From: Macrostomum lignano
Lineage: Eukaryota
Direction: 5' to 3'
Length of the DNA: 64,000 nucleotides
Assembly (NCBI GenBank): GCA_002269645.1
Contig: NIVC01000566.1
Span: forward strand, 186,001-250,000
Part shown: piece after piece, positions 63,143 through 64,000 of the stretch
Layout of the letters: every line of letters begins with the position of its first letter
Numbering within the stretch: position 1 is the stretch's first letter
Translations under genes and position numbers: made by a program
Notes under the pieces: model-generated
Seen by the model: only the letters and a program-made list of their open reading frames with translations
Databases searched by the model: none
Told to the model about the DNA's origin: nothing

Positions 63143-64000
63143 CGTAATTGCACTGTAATTGCACTGTAATTGCACTGTAATTGCACTGTAATTGCACTGT
63201 AATTGCACTGTAATTGCACCGTGATTGCACTGTAATTGCACTGTAATTGCACTGTAACTGCACTGTAATTGCACTGTAATTGCACTGTAATTGCACTGTA
63301 ATTGCACTGTAACTGCACTGTAATTGCACTGTGATTGCACTGTAATTGCACTGTAATTGCACTGTAATTGCACTGTAATTGCACTGTAATTGCACTGTAA
63401 TTGCACTGTAATTGCACTGTAATTGCACTGTAATTGCACTGTAATTGCACCGTGATTGCACTGTAATTGCACTGTAATTGCACTGTAACTGCACTGTAAT
63501 TGCACTGTAATTGCACTGTAATTGCACTGTAATTGCACTGTAACTGCACTGTAATTGCACTGTAATTGCACTGTAACTGCACTGTAATTGCACTGTAATT
63601 GCACTGTAATTGCACTGTAATTGCACTGTAATTGCACTGTAATTGCACTGTAATTGCACTGTAACTGCACTGTAATTGCACTGTAATTGCACTGTAATTG
63701 CACCGTGATTGCACTGTAATTGCACTGTAATTGCACCGTGATTGCACTGTAATTGCACTGTAATTGCACTGTAACTGCACTGTAATTGCACTGTAATTGC
63801 ACTGTAATTGCACTGTAATTGCACTGTAATTGCACTGTAATTGCACTGTAACTGCACTGTAATTGCACTGTAATTGCACCGTGATTGCACTGTAATTGCA
63901 CTGTAATTGCACTGTAACTGCACTGTAATTGCACTGTAATTGCACTGTAATTGCACTGTAATTGCACTGTAATTGCACTGTAATTGCACTGTAATTGCAC
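63143..64000. repeat. 11-bp minisatellite running off the window end
   Basis: ACTGTAATTGC, at least 78 copies, with few variants. Confidence 0.96.

Noticed and set aside
63079-64000. QLQCNYSAITV repeat ORFs
   Set aside because: 11-bp satellite.

Overview
Eukaryotic (metazoan) genomic DNA: GC-rich, high-GC3 exons with spliceosomal introns, many filled by tandem repeats. The gene content and repeat-laden introns suggest a flatworm such as Macrostomum (inference only). I reconstructed by hand, with consistent splice phases, nine intron-containing genes: DRG1 (+, first exon outside the window), an Arrowhead/Lhx6/8 LIM-homeobox gene (+), a calcineurin-B/CHP-like EF-hand plus death-domain gene (-), two convergent tetraspanins (+/-), an M6/PLP-family proteolipid gene (+), a secreted fibrinogen-domain gene (+), the 3' third of a divergent IP3-receptor-like channel (-), and a divergent actin (-) with a CArG-box promoter that appears nested in the channel gene. 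Mobile elements: a full-length Ty3/Gypsy LTR element with a TSD, an internally deleted mariner with TIRs and a TA TSD, a CORE-type SINE and a second tRNA-derived SINE head. Most long ORFs in the supplied track are artefacts of minisatellites. The most unusual signals are intron-private minisatellites abutting or duplicating splice sites, an intron made almost entirely of (TAG)n, the EF-hand/death-domain fusion, a non-canonical pore filter in the IP3R-like channel, and the same-strand nested actin. No CRISPR arrays, rRNA or intact tRNA genes were seen.
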